Of a stretch of 64,000 nt of DNA, positions 63,661 to 64,000 are shown piece after piece. A model generated the notes under the pieces. That model had not been told where the DNA came from. It was given only the letters and a program-made list of their open reading frames with translations, and did not search any database. The DNA comes from Verrucomicrobiia bacterium (GTDB lineage: Bacteria > Verrucomicrobiota > Verrucomicrobiia > Limisphaerales > UBA11358). A program made the position numbers and the translations under genes. The first letter of the stretch is position 1. Each line of letters starts with the position of its first letter. The stretch is taken from positions 52,104 through 116,103 of the forward strand of contig JARLJW010000111.1 in NCBI GenBank assembly GCA_031290985.1, given 5' to 3'.

Positions 63661-63683
63661 CGATAAACAATTAATTTTTATCG
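63661..63683. promoter_or_regulatory. candidate operator: inverted repeat CGATAAA-N9-TTTATCG in AT-rich DUF2975 operon upstream region
   Basis: Read directly: TTGATAAACGATAAACAATTAATTTTTATCGG. Perfect 7-bp arms, an AATTAATT core, and a direct GATAAAC x2. Lies 55-77 nt upstream of the operon ATG. Confidence 0.45.
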
Positions 63684-63726
63684 GTTGCCTCGCGACCGAA
63701 CCACAAAGCACGACTGCAAAATCTGC

Positions 63727-63765
63727 TCGTCCTCGTTCTCGTCCTCGTCCTCGTCCTCGTCCTCG
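63727..63765. repeat. hexanucleotide microsatellite (TCGTCC) x6 (one TCGTTC variant)
   Basis: Read directly. A 2-unit version with the same 3' flank (TCGTCCTCGAAT.CT.GCC) lies at 61656-61679. Confidence 0.95.
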
Positions 63766-63960
63766 AATGCTTGCCGGCGAGAAATAAAGAGACACGCGAA
63801 TGTTAATACGACCCCAGCCACCAGTTAAGCGGGTTGGAGCTTGGAATTCTCTGGTGCCTGGAGGTTGGAGTCTGGAACTTTTATTCCCTCCTTTGCGTGC
63901 GGCATCAAGCGAGTTTGTATACTTTCGTTTTAAATCATTTGGCCTTATCTTGTGCTCATT

Positions 63961-64000
63961 ATGACCGACCCGCGTTACACCAAACTGGCCAAGCTCCTCG
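63961..64000 (+). CDS. start of a gene running off the window end; possibly M29 (AmpS/PepS-type) aminopeptidase
   Basis: ATG at 63961 opens MTDPRYTKLAKLL... with no stop before the window end. The M.DPR..KLA.LL N-terminus recalls M29 aminopeptidases. Only 13 codons are visible. Confidence 0.3.
   Translation, partial: MTDPRYTKLAKLL

Overview
High-GC (roughly 60%) chromosomal segment. It looks like a Verrucomicrobiota/PVC-type genome: three prepilin-type '[24 protein letters not shown]' proteins, a giant T/N/S-rich secreted protein, and propeller-type sensor kinases. This assignment is inference from motifs only; no searches were run. I call about 50 CDS and 1 tRNA-Gly(UCC). I found no rRNA, CRISPR array, transposase or integrase.

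Gene blocks, in order:
- Two-component system, giant secreted protein and a GH127-like enzyme (1-12.3 kb).
- GldA/F/G-like ABC operon plus a DUF4340-like gene, divergent from a 2915-aa cyclic beta-1,2-glucan synthase homolog (12.4-26.5 kb).
- tRNA-Gly, two tandem pilin-like paralogs and a GH28-like enzyme (27-31 kb).
- MCP, a propeller/PA14 secreted protein, MscS, grpE and a J-protein (31-38.5 kb).
- Small-protein genes (38.5-40.9 kb).
- A 1-kb gene-free repeat-rich region, then rpmH-rnpA-yidD-yidC-jag (41-45 kb).
- A sugar-acid transporter and operon (45.7-52.6 kb).
- fabH-plsX-rpmF-yceD-coaD (53-56.4 kb).
- CHASE2 cyclase, FecR-like gene and O-antigen-ligase/TPR gene (56.4-61.6 kb).
- DUF2975 x2 plus an XRE regulator (62.3-63.6 kb).

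The ORF track misses three real features. These are a 5'-partial minus-strand gene running off the window start (1-1130), rpmH (45 aa, 41960-42097), and a gene starting at 63961.

I did not find a clear multi-gene novel system such as a defence island. The most unusual signals are:
- Arrays of 9-10 bp helical-period tandem repeats and a 31% GC patch upstream of rpmH, which is a possible origin-type region.
- A perfectly conserved 22-nt palindrome at two distant loci.
- An MFS transporter with a complete DUF805-like membrane domain nested in its central loop.
- A low-GC orphan gene wedged into a sugar-acid operon.

All family names come from recognised sequence motifs and need HMM/BLAST confirmation.
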